DNA of 64,000 bases from an uncultured Bacteroidota bacterium (GTDB lineage Bacteria; Bacteroidota; Ignavibacteria; UBA10030; UBA6906): positions 249,739 through 313,738 of the forward strand of contig CAWEKI010000008.1 in NCBI GenBank assembly GCA_963809695.1, read 5' to 3'. A program made the translations under genes and the position numbers. This document shows, piece after piece, positions 1-9,479 of the stretch. Under the pieces are notes generated by a model. It saw only the letters and a program-made list of their open reading frames with translations. It had not been told where the DNA came from and did not search any database. The first letter of the stretch is position 1, and each line of letters starts with the position of its first letter.

Positions 1-1
1 G

Positions 2-364
2 GACACCGAAGGAGACGCGCGCTTCCTGGCCGACAAGTGTGCATCGCTCCGGGTGCTGGAAGACCCGGCAGGGAAAATGAACCTGTCCCTTCACGATGTC
101 GGGGGACGGGTGCTGGTGATTTCGCAGTTTACGCTCTATGGCGATGCACAGAAAGGGAATCGTCCCAGTTTCTCCGATGCTGCTCCCCCGTCGGAAGCGG
201 AACCGCTCTATGATCTCTTTGTGGAGAGAATGACGAGTGCTCTTGGTTCTGCGTCGGTGCAGACAGGGGTCTTTGGTGCGATGATGCAAGTGACGATCAT
301 GAATGACGGGCCGGTCACCATCCTGATTGAAAGCAACAAGTCTTCTGATCAACGACTAGAATAA
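2..364 (+). CDS. dtd: D-aminoacyl-tRNA deacylase (5' truncated by window edge)
   Basis: Frame open from position 2 (DTEGDARFLADKCASLRVLED..GKMN); SQFTL, GNRPSF and NDGPVT motifs of DTD. Confidence 0.95.
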   Translation, partial: DTEGDARFLADKCASLRVLEDPAGKMNLSLHDVGGRVLVISQFTLYGDAQKGNRPSFSDAAPPSEAEPLYDLFVERMTSALGSASVQTGVFGAMMQVTIMNDGPVTILIESNKSSDQRLE

Positions 365-375
365 GGAGCAGGACC

Positions 376-1128
376 ATGTTTTCCAGGACCATCCCATGGC
401 TGTCGGCGGCGCTCGTCGTGGTATTCGCTTCCGCAACCTATGCCCAGACCAAATACTCCACCATTCGGTCCGTGCATTTCGATGTGCGGTACATGCAAGC
501 TGTGCCGGAAGCTGAGGCTCAACGGGTGTCGGATCTTCTGCAATCGGACTACGACAGTCTCAAGAACCAGCTCGGGCTGGACGTAAGGGCGAAGCTCGAG
601 GTGCGGCTGTACGATTCGCCCGGGCGGTACCATTCAGAAATCAATATGGGGAGGGAGGTGCTGCCGGCAATGTACGTCCATGGCATTCTTCACGCGCTTG
701 AGCCGTTTCCCCCCGAAGGTTTGGACAAAGCCCTGCGCTATCAGCTTGCGAGAGTCTTCCTGGAACAGACTGCGCAGCATGCCTGCCCGATTTGGCTCCG
801 TGAAGCCTTTGCCATCCATCACTCGGGCAGAATGCTGGATCTTTCCCCACCCGGGTCGGTCGTCGTTACATCGTTTTCCGATCTGAGTCAGGACCTTGAG
901 GAAGCCACAAATCCGGTCGAGCGCAACGACGTGGATTACGTTCTTGGACGCACGATGCAATTCTTTATTGAACGATACGGGGCGCAAAAGGCCTTTGGTG
1001 TGTTCAAAGGATTTGAGGGATCGCTCGCAATTGAGAAAGTCTTCAAGAAAGTCTTCGGAGAGGAATTCCAGGATATCGAGAAGGCATGGTCGAAGTCCGT
1101 CGCAGTCAAGCCGCGCAAACCTAAGTGA
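376..1128 (+). CDS. Secreted protein with degenerate peptidase MA-like (zincin) domain
   Basis: Signal peptide; RBS AGGAG; PIWLREAFA resembles PxWxxEG of peptidase MA-like, but the HExxH position reads RYQLAR. Confidence 0.55.
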   Translation: MFSRTIPWLSAALVVVFASATYAQTKYSTIRSVHFDVRYMQAVPEAEAQRVSDLLQSDYDSLKNQLGLDVRAKLEVRLYDSPGRYHSEINMGREVLPAMYVHGILHALEPFPPEGLDKALRYQLARVFLEQTAQHACPIWLREAFAIHHSGRMLDLSPPGSVVVTSFSDLSQDLEEATNPVERNDVDYVLGRTMQFFIERYGAQKAFGVFKGFEGSLAIEKVFKKVFGEEFQDIEKAWSKSVAVKPRKPK

Positions 1129-2084
1129 CCCGGGGAGGCCCTTTGCGGGTGTTGATGTTGTTCCTTGACGGCGTTGGAATTGGGAAGCGCGACCCTGGCG
1201 TTAACGCGTTGATGTCGGCGCGCCTTCCCACTCTGCGCACAATTCTCGGAGGAGAGCTTCCCACGCTCGGCCGGCGTATGGTAGCAGGGTCACAGGCCAT
1301 TGCTCTTCCGCTGGATGCAACGCTCGGAGTTGCCGGCCTTCCGCAGAGCGGCACAGGCCAGACGGCCCTTTTTGCCGGAGTGAATGCCGCCCGTGTTGCA
1401 GGTAAGCACTTTGGCCCCTATCCGTATTCCACGCTCAGGCCGATTATAGAGCGCAGGAACATCTTCAGGCGTTTGCGGGACTCCGGGTACACGGCATGCT
1501 TTGCGAATGCATTCCCGAAAAGATTCTTTGACTACATGAAGCTGCACGGGTCTCGCCTTTCGGTCACGGCCCTTTCCTGCACGGTGACCGGAATTCCGTT
1601 GTTGCGCGGCGCTGACCTCCTTGCCGGGCGAGCTATTTCGGCGGACATTACCAACGAAGGGTGGAAGCATCTCGGGTATCCGGAGATCGGGCCCGTGGAG
1701 CCGGCAGAAGCCGGACGGCGCCTCGCGAAGATTTCCGCCGGACATAGTTTTGTCCTTTTTGAGTACTGGAAGACAGATTATGCGGGGCATTCGCGGAACA
1801 TGGAAGAGGCGATTCGGGTCCTGGAGCGGTTCGACGCAATGCTGGGAGGAGTACTCGATTCTCTTGACTCTGTGCGGACCCTGCTTGTCATCACAAGCGA
1901 CCATGGAAATATCGAGGACATGTCCGTGAAGACACACACGCGGCATCCTGTGCCCTTGATCCTGTACGGGCATAAGCACAGAGAGATCGCCGCGCTGCTT
2001 CAGGAGAAGTCTCACCCATCGCTGCCGCATCTTACTCCTGCCATCATGAAGATTCTCACCGAAAGCCGGCCGAGGCATTCGTGA
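1125..2084 (+). CDS. Alkaline-phosphatase-superfamily metalloenzyme (cofactor-independent phosphoglycerate mutase-like)
   Basis: [33 protein letters not shown] metal-binding motifs. Confidence 0.85.
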   Translation: MTRGGPLRVLMLFLDGVGIGKRDPGVNALMSARLPTLRTILGGELPTLGRRMVAGSQAIALPLDATLGVAGLPQSGTGQTALFAGVNAARVAGKHFGPYPYSTLRPIIERRNIFRRLRDSGYTACFANAFPKRFFDYMKLHGSRLSVTALSCTVTGIPLLRGADLLAGRAISADITNEGWKHLGYPEIGPVEPAEAGRRLAKISAGHSFVLFEYWKTDYAGHSRNMEEAIRVLERFDAMLGGVLDSLDSVRTLLVITSDHGNIEDMSVKTHTRHPVPLILYGHKHREIAALLQEKSHPSLPHLTPAIMKILTESRPRHS

Positions 2085-2111
2085 GGGGACGTGTTTCCCG
2101 GCTCTGCTCCC

Positions 2112-2133
2112 GCCAGGCTTATGCCTGGCATTT
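2112..2133 (+). terminator. Possible weak terminator hairpin after the metalloenzyme gene
   Basis: GCCAGGC-TTAT-GCCTGGC perfect 7-bp stem followed by only ATTT. Confidence 0.3.
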
Positions 2134-2176
2134 GCCACGCTCTTGCCCCGCATCGGGAATTTTTAAGCACACCTCC

Positions 2177-2201
2177 TCGTAAATCCGCCCGTCCCACAGT
2201 A
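2177..2201 (+). promoter_or_regulatory. Putative alternative-sigma promoter/operator upstream of comEC (copy 1)
   Basis: TCGTAAATCCGCCCGTCCCACAGTA; 19/25 identical, ungapped, to 57483-57507; followed by AGGAGG and ATG 2225. Confidence 0.55.
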
Positions 2202-2224
2202 GTAATAGGTAGGAGGAAGGGACG

Positions 2225-4645
2225 ATGCGGTGCGTGAACCATCATTCTCTGCCCGCCTTCAAAATGGGCGTGCTTCTGTGTGCGGGAATTCTCGCGGGCA
2301 GCAGACTTCCGGCTTCAGGCATCTGCCTCGCGCTGCTGGTCGCGCTGTTCGCCTTCGTCTCATTCCTTCTCTTTTTCTTCCTGGTTTTTCATCCCGGTTG
2401 TTCGAAATGGATCCTTACGCTGCTGGCCGCACTCATCTGCTTCCTGGGAGGAGCAGCCAAGATCGCTTCGGATCGTGGGCGGTCTGTCACCTTGCCCGAC
2501 TCTCTTTCCCGTCAGACGCTGGTTGTGGGGTGGATTCAGGAAGCGGCGTCCGTCGTCAATGGCCGGGTCCGGCTGGCAGTGCGGTCGCAGGCCCTCGTGC
2601 GGAATGGAAACCAGAGCCCCTTCCGGGCAAACCTGCTGGTCACGTTGATCCCGTCCGCGCATGACTCCGGATCTCTTCGCCTTGAGTACGGCATGACGAT
2701 TCTTCTGCACGGTGCACTAGAGCCCCCAACGGAAGAACGCAACCCCGGTGAATTCAGCCCGCGCGAGTATTACGAGGCAAACGGGGTATCGCTTTTGATG
2801 ACCGTTCGGGGAGCAGAACGGGTGATCGTGCTCGACAGTGGCGGCGGCTCCTGGCTCATGCGGGCCCTGATTATTCCCGTCCGCCGCGGGATGCTTGCAT
2901 TGATCGACAGCACTGTCGGCGGAGAAGAAGGCGAATTTCTGAAAGGGTTGATGATCGGAGATCGCAACGGGATTTCCCAGGCAACACGGCAGGCATTCGT
3001 CAACTCCGGCGTTGCACACGTTCTGGCAGTGTCTGGTTCGAATGTCGCCGTCGTCGCGGGGATCTTCATGCTTCTGTTCGAACTGTTCAGACTTCCCGGC
3101 AGGATGCGCACGATAGCGGTGCTGGCCGGGCTCCTGGCCTATATGGTCCTGACGGGCAACCAGCCGCCGGTGGTCCGTGCTACGATCATGGCGTTTGTCT
3201 TTTTTCTTGCCAGGCTGTTTCAGCTCAAGAGCAACCCCTACAATGCCATGGGAGTGGCAGTACTCATCGTTCTGGGGATCGATGCGCGGCAGATGTTCGA
3301 CATTGGATTCCAGCTGTCCTTTGGCGCGGTGCTCTCCATCATCTATTTCTACCCGAAGGCGAATGCCTGGATCTCTCTGCTGCCTGCCAATGCCTGGTGG
3401 CAACACGCCATCGTCTGGCTCTCGCGTGTCTGTGCCGTTTCACTCGTTGCGACGTTGGGAACTCTCCCGCTTACCGCGGTTTCTTTCGGAAGGGTGTCTG
3501 TCATTGGAATCGCAGCGAACATTATTGTGATCCCCTCGGTCGAACTGAGCGTGGTGTTGGGCTTTGCCACCGCTTGCGCAAGCCTTGGCAGCCAGTGGGT
3601 GGCAGAGACCTACGCGGCGGTGAACGGTCTCTTACTCACCTGGACCTTGGGGACAATCAAAGCCGCGGGCAACATGTCGTTCGCCTACATTGATACAACA
3701 ACATTCGCTCCGATCGACTCGCTGCCGTTCTATGTCGCCCTCTTTCTCGCGTTTAACCACGCGGGCCGGTCGCTGGTCCACGGTACAATCGCACTCCTTC
3801 TGGCGCTGAATCTTGCGGTGTTTGGCCCTCGTGGCGCCGCCTCAATGATGGGGCGGGGCCTGATGAGGGTGAGCTTTATTGACGTTGGACAGGGGGATGC
3901 TATCCTGGCCGAAATGCCGGAGGGGAAGGCGGTCCTCGTTGACGCCGGACCACGGTCATGGCAGTTCGACGCAGGGGAGAAAATTGTGACCCCGTTTTTA
4001 AAACGCCGCGGGATAACCACGATTGACCTGCTCGTGATCTCGCACGGACACAACGATCACGCCGGTGGTGTGGCGAGCGTGTTGCAGAACTTCCGGGTGA
4101 AACGCGTGGCTGCACTTGGCGGGCTGCCTGCCGCGTTGACCGCCTTGAAAAATTCACGGATGTGTCCCGCCCAATGGTGCGATTCGGTCCATGCCGGGAC
4201 GTTCCTCATGGACTCTTCCAATGCGCGCTTCTATGCCTTCTATCCGTTGGACGTGCGCACTCATGCGGCTGCTGATACCGCGTCGGACAACCGGTGCATC
4301 GTGTTCAAACTGCAGTACGGGGCCGTGTCATTTCTCTTTACGGGCGACGCCGACGCTTCGGCAGAAGCGGAACTCGTTGAGGCCTACGGCACGATGCTCC
4401 GGTCGAGTGTGCTCAAGGCGGGCCATCATGGCAGCAACACAAGCAGTACGGAACGGTTCCTGGAGGCTGTCGGCCCGTCAGCAGTGGTCATCTCTGTTGG
4501 GAGGAACAACAAATTCCATCACCCCTCACCCCGGGTGGTCGAGCGAATCACGGCCAGATGCGGATCACCCGCAAGAACCGACGAGGAAGGTGCGGTCATG
4601 TACGACACCGATGGGATCACGGTTTGGAGGTTCAACTGGCGGTGA
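2225..4645 (+). CDS. comEC: DNA internalization competence protein ComEC/Rec2
   Basis: NPGEF, GVAHVLAVSGSN competence-domain motif, GFQLSF, C-terminal MBL domain (DVGQGDA, SHGHNDHAGG, LKAGHHGS, FHHPSP). Confidence 0.95.
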   Translation: MRCVNHHSLPAFKMGVLLCAGILAGSRLPASGICLALLVALFAFVSFLLFFFLVFHPGCSKWILTLLAALICFLGGAAKIASDRGRSVTLPDSLSRQTLVVGWIQEAASVVNGRVRLAVRSQALVRNGNQSPFRANLLVTLIPSAHDSGSLRLEYGMTILLHGALEPPTEERNPGEFSPREYYEANGVSLLMTVRGAERVIVLDSGGGSWLMRALIIPVRRGMLALIDSTVGGEEGEFLKGLMIGDRNGISQATRQAFVNSGVAHVLAVSGSNVAVVAGIFMLLFELFRLPGRMRTIAVLAGLLAYMVLTGNQPPVVRATIMAFVFFLARLFQLKSNPYNAMGVAVLIVLGIDARQMFDIGFQLSFGAVLSIIYFYPKANAWISLLPANAWWQHAIVWLSRVCAVSLVATLGTLPLTAVSFGRVSVIGIAANIIVIPSVELSVVLGFATACASLGSQWVAETYAAVNGLLLTWTLGTIKAAGNMSFAYIDTTTFAPIDSLPFYVALFLAFNHAGRSLVHGTIALLLALNLAVFGPRGAASMMGRGLMRVSFIDVGQGDAILAEMPEGKAVLVDAGPRSWQFDAGEKIVTPFLKRRGITTIDLLVISHGHNDHAGGVASVLQNFRVKRVAALGGLPAALTALKNSRMCPAQWCDSVHAGTFLMDSSNARFYAFYPLDVRTHAAADTASDNRCIVFKLQYGAVSFLFTGDADASAEAELVEAYGTMLRSSVLKAGHHGSNTSSTERFLEAVGPSAVVISVGRNNKFHHPSPRVVERITARCGSPARTDEEGAVMYDTDGITVWRFNWR

Positions 4646-4704
4646 ACTCAACCCGCACCCCTTTCCCCCCCGGGGCCGGAGGAGAGGGACAAGTTCCAAT
4701 GCGC

Positions 4705-4733
4705 TTGATTCTAGCCCCCCGGTTGGTTATGTT
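4705..4733 (+). promoter_or_regulatory. sigma70-like promoter, probably producing a leaderless mRNA
   Basis: TTGATT-N17-TATGTT; ATG 4741 lies 7 nt after the -10 box, no SD. Confidence 0.5.
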
Positions 4734-4740
4734 TGGTGCC

Positions 4741-5553
4741 ATGGTTACCAAGCGTCATCTCAGGGATCTCCAGGATCTCCGAAAAAAGAAATCGCGTGAG
4801 GAGCAGGGCCGGTTTCTCATTGAGGGGCTGAGAATGATAGAGGAGGCCGCAGAATCCGACTTCGAACTCCAGGAAGTGCTTTTCACTGAGGCTTTCGCCG
4901 GCAGCGAACCGGGACGGAGCATGCTGGAGAAACTCCGCCGAAAAGGCCCCGTCTTGAACGTGATCACCGGGAGGGATATCGAAGCAATCTCTGATACGGT
5001 CACTGCGCAGGGAATCGTTGCCGTAGTGACTGCCCGAGGGTTCGACGTAGAGTCCATGTTGCAGCCCGGCAAGCGTTCCCTGCTTGTGGGACTTGACGCC
5101 GTCGCTGATCCAGGGAACCTCGGATCGATGATTCGAACCTGTGATTGGTTCGGGGTCAACGGGATGGTGATCGGGCAGGACTCCGTCGAACTTTATAACC
5201 CTAAGGTCCTGCGGTCGACCATGGGGGGGATATTCCATCTTCCAATCGTCGAAAACGTGAATCTTCCCACCGTCATCGGTCGCATGAAAAACTCCGGGTA
5301 CACCGTCTATGTTGCAGATGTATCAGGCGAAGTCTACGCCGAAGATGCGCGGTATGCCGATCGGGCGTTCATCATCCTGGGGAACGAGGCGCGCGGGGCC
5401 GCCCCTTCGCTGAAACATTCCGCGGACGTGCGCGTTGCGATCCGCCGCCACGGATTGGCCGAATCCCTGAACGTGGGGGTCGCGTGCGGCGTCCTGCTCT
5501 CGGCTCTCAGGATGGTGTCGGCGGCTGGCGGGCGGAATGTTGTCCATCCCTGA
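4741..5553 (+). CDS. TrmH/SpoU-family RNA methyltransferase
   Basis: DPGNLGSMIRT, LGNEARG, ESLNVGVA SPOUT motifs; start placed at ATG 4741 rather than 4558. Confidence 0.92.
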   Translation: MVTKRHLRDLQDLRKKKSREEQGRFLIEGLRMIEEAAESDFELQEVLFTEAFAGSEPGRSMLEKLRRKGPVLNVITGRDIEAISDTVTAQGIVAVVTARGFDVESMLQPGKRSLLVGLDAVADPGNLGSMIRTCDWFGVNGMVIGQDSVELYNPKVLRSTMGGIFHLPIVENVNLPTVIGRMKNSGYTVYVADVSGEVYAEDARYADRAFIILGNEARGAAPSLKHSADVRVAIRRHGLAESLNVGVACGVLLSALRMVSAAGGRNVVHP

Positions 5554-5569
5554 CAGGAAGGAAGATCGC

Positions 5570-6163
5570 ATGGCGGGTTTGGGAAGGCGTCTCAACGTGT
5601 GGCTGGAACAGTTTGCTTCGCGCCCCTACGCCACGAGCCTGCTCTTTGTTGTCGCATTGATCGAAGGTTCGATCGCTCCTCTCCCGCCTGACATTCCTTT
5701 CATCGCCCTGAGCGTAGCTCGGCCAAGGCGGTCTTTTCTTTACGGCAGTATCTGTATTGCAGGCTCTGCTGCCGGTGCTGTGGCCGGGTACTTCATCGGA
5801 TCGTTATTGTACGAGTCGGTGGGACAAGGCATTGTCGCCTTTTATCACGTCGAGGATCAGATTGCCACATTGCTCCAGCACTACCGGGAGAATGCATGGC
5901 TGACGTTGATCCTTGCAGGCTTCACTTCCATTCCATTCTGTATTTTCACCATCGCAGCGGGCTTTCACCAGACACTTGATCTCGGAACGCTTTTTCTGGC
6001 TGCCCTCGCAGGACGTGCGATCCGCTTCTATCTCCTTTCGGGGATCCTGTTCATTTTCGGGGGAACCGCGCGGCGCGCGCTGGAGCGTTCTCTGATTATC
6101 GTGCCGGTTGTGATGGTAATCCTTCTGGTGCTCGGGTTCGTGCTGGGCAGAAAAGTCCTGTAA
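5570..6163 (+). CDS. DedA/YqaA-family membrane protein
   Basis: IEGSIAPLPPD, GS..GA..GY, AGFTSIPF..FTIAAG, GRAIRF motifs; RBS AGGAAGG. Confidence 0.85.
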   Translation: MAGLGRRLNVWLEQFASRPYATSLLFVVALIEGSIAPLPPDIPFIALSVARPRRSFLYGSICIAGSAAGAVAGYFIGSLLYESVGQGIVAFYHVEDQIATLLQHYRENAWLTLILAGFTSIPFCIFTIAAGFHQTLDLGTLFLAALAGRAIRFYLLSGILFIFGGTARRALERSLIIVPVVMVILLVLGFVLGRKVL

Positions 6164-6167
6164 AACA

Positions 6168-6902
6168 ATGATCAGCAAGGATCGAAAACGACGAACGCAG
6201 GTCTCGCTCGCCCGCATCATTTCAAAACTTGGCGTCGCATCGCGTGCCGAGGCCTGTCGCATGGTCCGGGAAGGGATCATCGAGGTGAATGGCAAGACCG
6301 TCCGCGATCCGGATTGCTGGCTTGACCCTCGCGTGGACCGGATATCGCGGAAAGGGCGGCTCCTCACAAGCCGTGAAAAGATCTACCTGGTTCTGCACAA
6401 GCCTGCCGGCGTCGTGACGACGCGATCGGATGAACGGGGAAGAAGGACAGTGTATGATCTATTGCCCCCGGATTTCCCATGGGTCTTTCCCGTGGGTCGT
6501 CTCGACAAGGAGTCCTCGGGACTCCTCCTTATGACCAATGACACTGCGTTTGGCGAAATGGTGACCAGTCCCGCGGCGAAAGTTGAGAAGAGGTACCGGG
6601 TTGTCCTGAACCGTCCCCTTGCCGGCCCGGACAGAACGCAGATGGAAGCCGGAATGACCCTTTCTAATGGGACTGTTCTGGCCGGCGCGAGTGTGCTTCC
6701 GAAGTCCGGACCGGCGGAGTATGAGATGAGCATCTGGGAAGGGAAGAACCGGCAGATCAGAAGAATGTGTGAAACCCTTGGCTATGAAGTACTGAGGCTT
6801 CACCGTCTCGGTATCGGTGGTATCCGGCTTGGAGGACTGGAAGAAGGGAAGTACAGGAGCCTCGCGCCGAAGGAGCGCACGTCACTACTGACTCACAATT
6901 GA
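6168..6902 (+). CDS. rRNA pseudouridine synthase (RsuA/RluB/E/F family)
   Basis: S4 domain GVASR; HKPAG; VGRLDKESSGLLL; EGKNRQIRRM. Confidence 0.93.
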   Translation: MISKDRKRRTQVSLARIISKLGVASRAEACRMVREGIIEVNGKTVRDPDCWLDPRVDRISRKGRLLTSREKIYLVLHKPAGVVTTRSDERGRRTVYDLLPPDFPWVFPVGRLDKESSGLLLMTNDTAFGEMVTSPAAKVEKRYRVVLNRPLAGPDRTQMEAGMTLSNGTVLAGASVLPKSGPAEYEMSIWEGKNRQIRRMCETLGYEVLRLHRLGIGGIRLGGLEEGKYRSLAPKERTSLLTHN

Positions 6903-6917
6903 ACTGGCATCAGGGCC

Positions 6918-7388
6918 ATGGCCCAGGTTGTTTCGCGCATCGTGGAGGTATGCATCTTCCGTTTCACAGGAGACGCGGTGGAATATCTTTTGCTGAAGCG
7001 GGCAGCGGAGGACCTGCTCTATCCCGGAATATGGCAGTGGGTTACCGGCGCTATCCTGGAAGGGGAAAAATCGGTGGATGCGGCCCTCCGGGAATTCCGA
7101 GAAGAGACAGGGCTGACGGCAGAACGATTGTGGATTGTTCCCCATATAACGATGTTCTATGAATCCGTGCATGACCATGTGCATCTTAATCCCCTCTTTG
7201 CCGTACAGGTGGAACAGGGGGTGGATCCTGTGCTGAGCCCGGAGCATGAGGAGTTTCGTTGGCTGCGGTACGCGGAAGCCCGCCAGCGGCTCGTCTGGCC
7301 GGGGCAACGGGAAGGGCTGGAGATGGTGGAACGTTTCATCGTCAGGGGAGATGAGGGAGCAGGGCTTCTCGAAACCACGTGGAAGTGA
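6918..7388 (+). CDS. NUDIX hydrolase (NudB-like)
   Basis: WQWVTG..LEGE....AALREFREETG NUDIX box; LSPEH. Confidence 0.9.
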   Translation: MAQVVSRIVEVCIFRFTGDAVEYLLLKRAAEDLLYPGIWQWVTGAILEGEKSVDAALREFREETGLTAERLWIVPHITMFYESVHDHVHLNPLFAVQVEQGVDPVLSPEHEEFRWLRYAEARQRLVWPGQREGLEMVERFIVRGDEGAGLLETTWK

Positions 7389-7422
7389 AGAATTGAGCGC
7401 TGAAAGTTAAGAGTGCCTTCCC

Positions 7423-7451
7423 TTGCAAATCAGCGTTGGTTTGCGTAATGT
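7423..7451 (+). promoter_or_regulatory. sigma70-like promoter for pfkB-mtnA-recO-degP
   Basis: TTGCAA-N17-TAATGT in AT-rich intergenic gap. Confidence 0.55.
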
Positions 7452-7498
7452 TACATGTTTGGAACCTATCTGTTAACCTTCAACTTCCGGAGAGACTC

Positions 7499-8413
7499 GT
7501 GAGCGTTCTTGTCGTGGGGTCATTGGCCCTGGATTCCATCGAAACGCCGTTTGGATCGGTCCACGATGCCATCGGGGGATCCGCGACGTACATCTCGGCG
7601 GCGGCGAGCTATTTCGTCAATCCGATACGCGTCGTAGGCGTTGTGGGCGGCGATTTTCCTCGGTCGGCTATCACGTTCCTTGAGGAGCGGAAGGTGGACC
7701 TCGAAGGGCTGCAGGTGATCAAGAATGGGAAAACCTTCCGGTGGTCAGGACGCTATCACTACGACCTGAACGAGCGGGATACCCTGTCAACGGACCTGAA
7801 TGTGTTCGAGAAATTCGATCCCGAAATTCCGGAAAAATACCGCAAGACAAGATGCGTCTGTCTGGGCAACATCGACCCGGTCCTTCAGCTGAAGGTGCTG
7901 GATCAGATGGACAACCCCCGGCTTGTTGTGTGCGACACGATGAATTATTGGATAGACAGAAAAAAAGCGGATCTTCAGAAGACCTTAAAGCGGATCAATA
8001 TCCTGATCTTGAACGACTCCGAGGCCCGGCTGCTGTCGCAGGAGCCAAATCTCATCAAAGCCGGGCGCGTGATCCGCTCCATGGGGCCTCGCGTCGTGAT
8101 CATCAAAAAAGGGGAGCATGGCGCATTGCTGCTCACGGATCAGATGACGTTTTCCGCTCCCGCCTATCCCATGGAGAATATTTTCGATCCCACCGGTGCC
8201 GGAGATTCTTTTGCCGGGGGATTTGTGGGGTGGCTTGCCCGCACGGACGACACCTCCGAGGAGAACCTGAAGCGCGCGGTAATCTACGGGAGCACGCTGG
8301 CCTCGTTCTGTGTCGAAAAATTCAGTGTTGACGGCCTGAAAGATCTCACCTACCTTCGGATTCAGGACCGCTTCCGGGAGTTCCGCGAACTGTCGCGGTT
8401 CGAGGATATCTAA
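7499..8413 (+). CDS. PfkB/ribokinase-family carbohydrate kinase
   Basis: VGSLALD, GGSATY, KKGEHG, DPTGAGDSFAGG; GTG start after GGAGAG. Confidence 0.92.
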   Translation: MSVLVVGSLALDSIETPFGSVHDAIGGSATYISAAASYFVNPIRVVGVVGGDFPRSAITFLEERKVDLEGLQVIKNGKTFRWSGRYHYDLNERDTLSTDLNVFEKFDPEIPEKYRKTRCVCLGNIDPVLQLKVLDQMDNPRLVVCDTMNYWIDRKKADLQKTLKRINILILNDSEARLLSQEPNLIKAGRVIRSMGPRVVIIKKGEHGALLLTDQMTFSAPAYPMENIFDPTGAGDSFAGGFVGWLARTDDTSEENLKRAVIYGSTLASFCVEKFSVDGLKDLTYLRIQDRFREFRELSRFEDI

Positions 8414-8417
8414 AGAA

Positions 8418-9458
8418 ATGGCGACCATTGAATGGGTAGACGGGCAGGTCCGGTTCCTGGATCAGACCAAGCTGCCGCTGAAGGAAACATATGTCGAGAC
8501 CGCGGATGTTGCGCGGCTCGGGGAGGCGATTAAGAAACTTCAGATCCGGGGCGCTCCTGCTATCGGTGTTGCGGCGGCCTTTGGTGTGGTGCTGGCTTCC
8601 CGCAATGCAGGTTCCCCCGGGGAGATGTGGGCCGTCTCCCGCCATGCGATCCGAACTCTTGCCGCGACACGTCCGACCGCAATGAATCTCTTCACGGCTC
8701 TCGACAGAATGTCCCGGATTCTGGAGGCGAGCGAGGCTCTCGGTACAGGGGAGGGGCTGCAAGCTCAATTGCTGGAAGAGGCGCTGGCGATACAACAGGA
8801 GGATGTGGCCGCGTGCCGCGGTATCGGCGAGCTCGGATCCGCCCTGATTCTGCCCGGGTCTTCGGTGCTCACGCACTGCAACGCCGGGGCTCTCGCAACC
8901 GCGGGGGAAGGGACGGCCCTGAGCGTGATCTTTGCGGCAGCCAGAAAACAGTGCATCGTGCGCGTCTACGTGGATGAAACCAGGCCGCTGCTCCAGGGCG
9001 CGCGCCTGACGACCTGGGAACTCATGAAGAACGGGATCGAAACCGTGCTGATCACGGACAGCACGGCAGGCGTGGTGCTTCAACAACAACGTGTTCAGGC
9101 CGTCATCGTTGGAGCCGACCGGATCGCGGCCAATGGGGACACGGCAAACAAGATCGGGACATATTCCCTGGCGGTCCTTGCCGAACGCCATCACGTGCCT
9201 CTGTACGTCGCTGCTCCCGTATCGACTATCGACTTTGCGATCGCTACGGGTGCAGACATCACGATTGAAGAGCGAGCGCCCGAGGAGGTCACCTACATCG
9301 CTGGCACCCGGATCGCCGCCGAAGGCGTCGGCGTCTATTCGCCCGCCTTCGATGTCACGCCGAACGAATTGATCGCCGCGATTGTTACAGAAAGGGGGAT
9401 CCTGACCCCGCCGTTCAGCCAAATGATCGCACAGTTGCGTCTTCAACCCCGCGTCTGA
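8418..9458 (+). CDS. mtnA: S-methyl-5-thioribose-1-phosphate isomerase
   Basis: LDQTKLP, IRGAPAIG, TRPTAMNL, THCNAGALAT, DETRPLLQGARLT, NGDTANKIG, PAFDVTP. Confidence 0.96.
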   Translation: MATIEWVDGQVRFLDQTKLPLKETYVETADVARLGEAIKKLQIRGAPAIGVAAAFGVVLASRNAGSPGEMWAVSRHAIRTLAATRPTAMNLFTALDRMSRILEASEALGTGEGLQAQLLEEALAIQQEDVAACRGIGELGSALILPGSSVLTHCNAGALATAGEGTALSVIFAAARKQCIVRVYVDETRPLLQGARLTTWELMKNGIETVLITDSTAGVVLQQQRVQAVIVGADRIAANGDTANKIGTYSLAVLAERHHVPLYVAAPVSTIDFAIATGADITIEERAPEEVTYIAGTRIAAEGVGVYSPAFDVTPNELIAAIVTERGILTPPFSQMIAQLRLQPRV

Positions 9459-9479
9459 AAGAATCAGTGGCACTGCCTT

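Noticed and set aside
4650-4690. CCCCTTTCCCC-CCGG-GG-CCGG-AGGAGAGGG hairpin after comEC
   Set aside because: Single degenerate copy resembling a common CCCTCTCCC..GGGAGAGGG palindrome; too eroded to call
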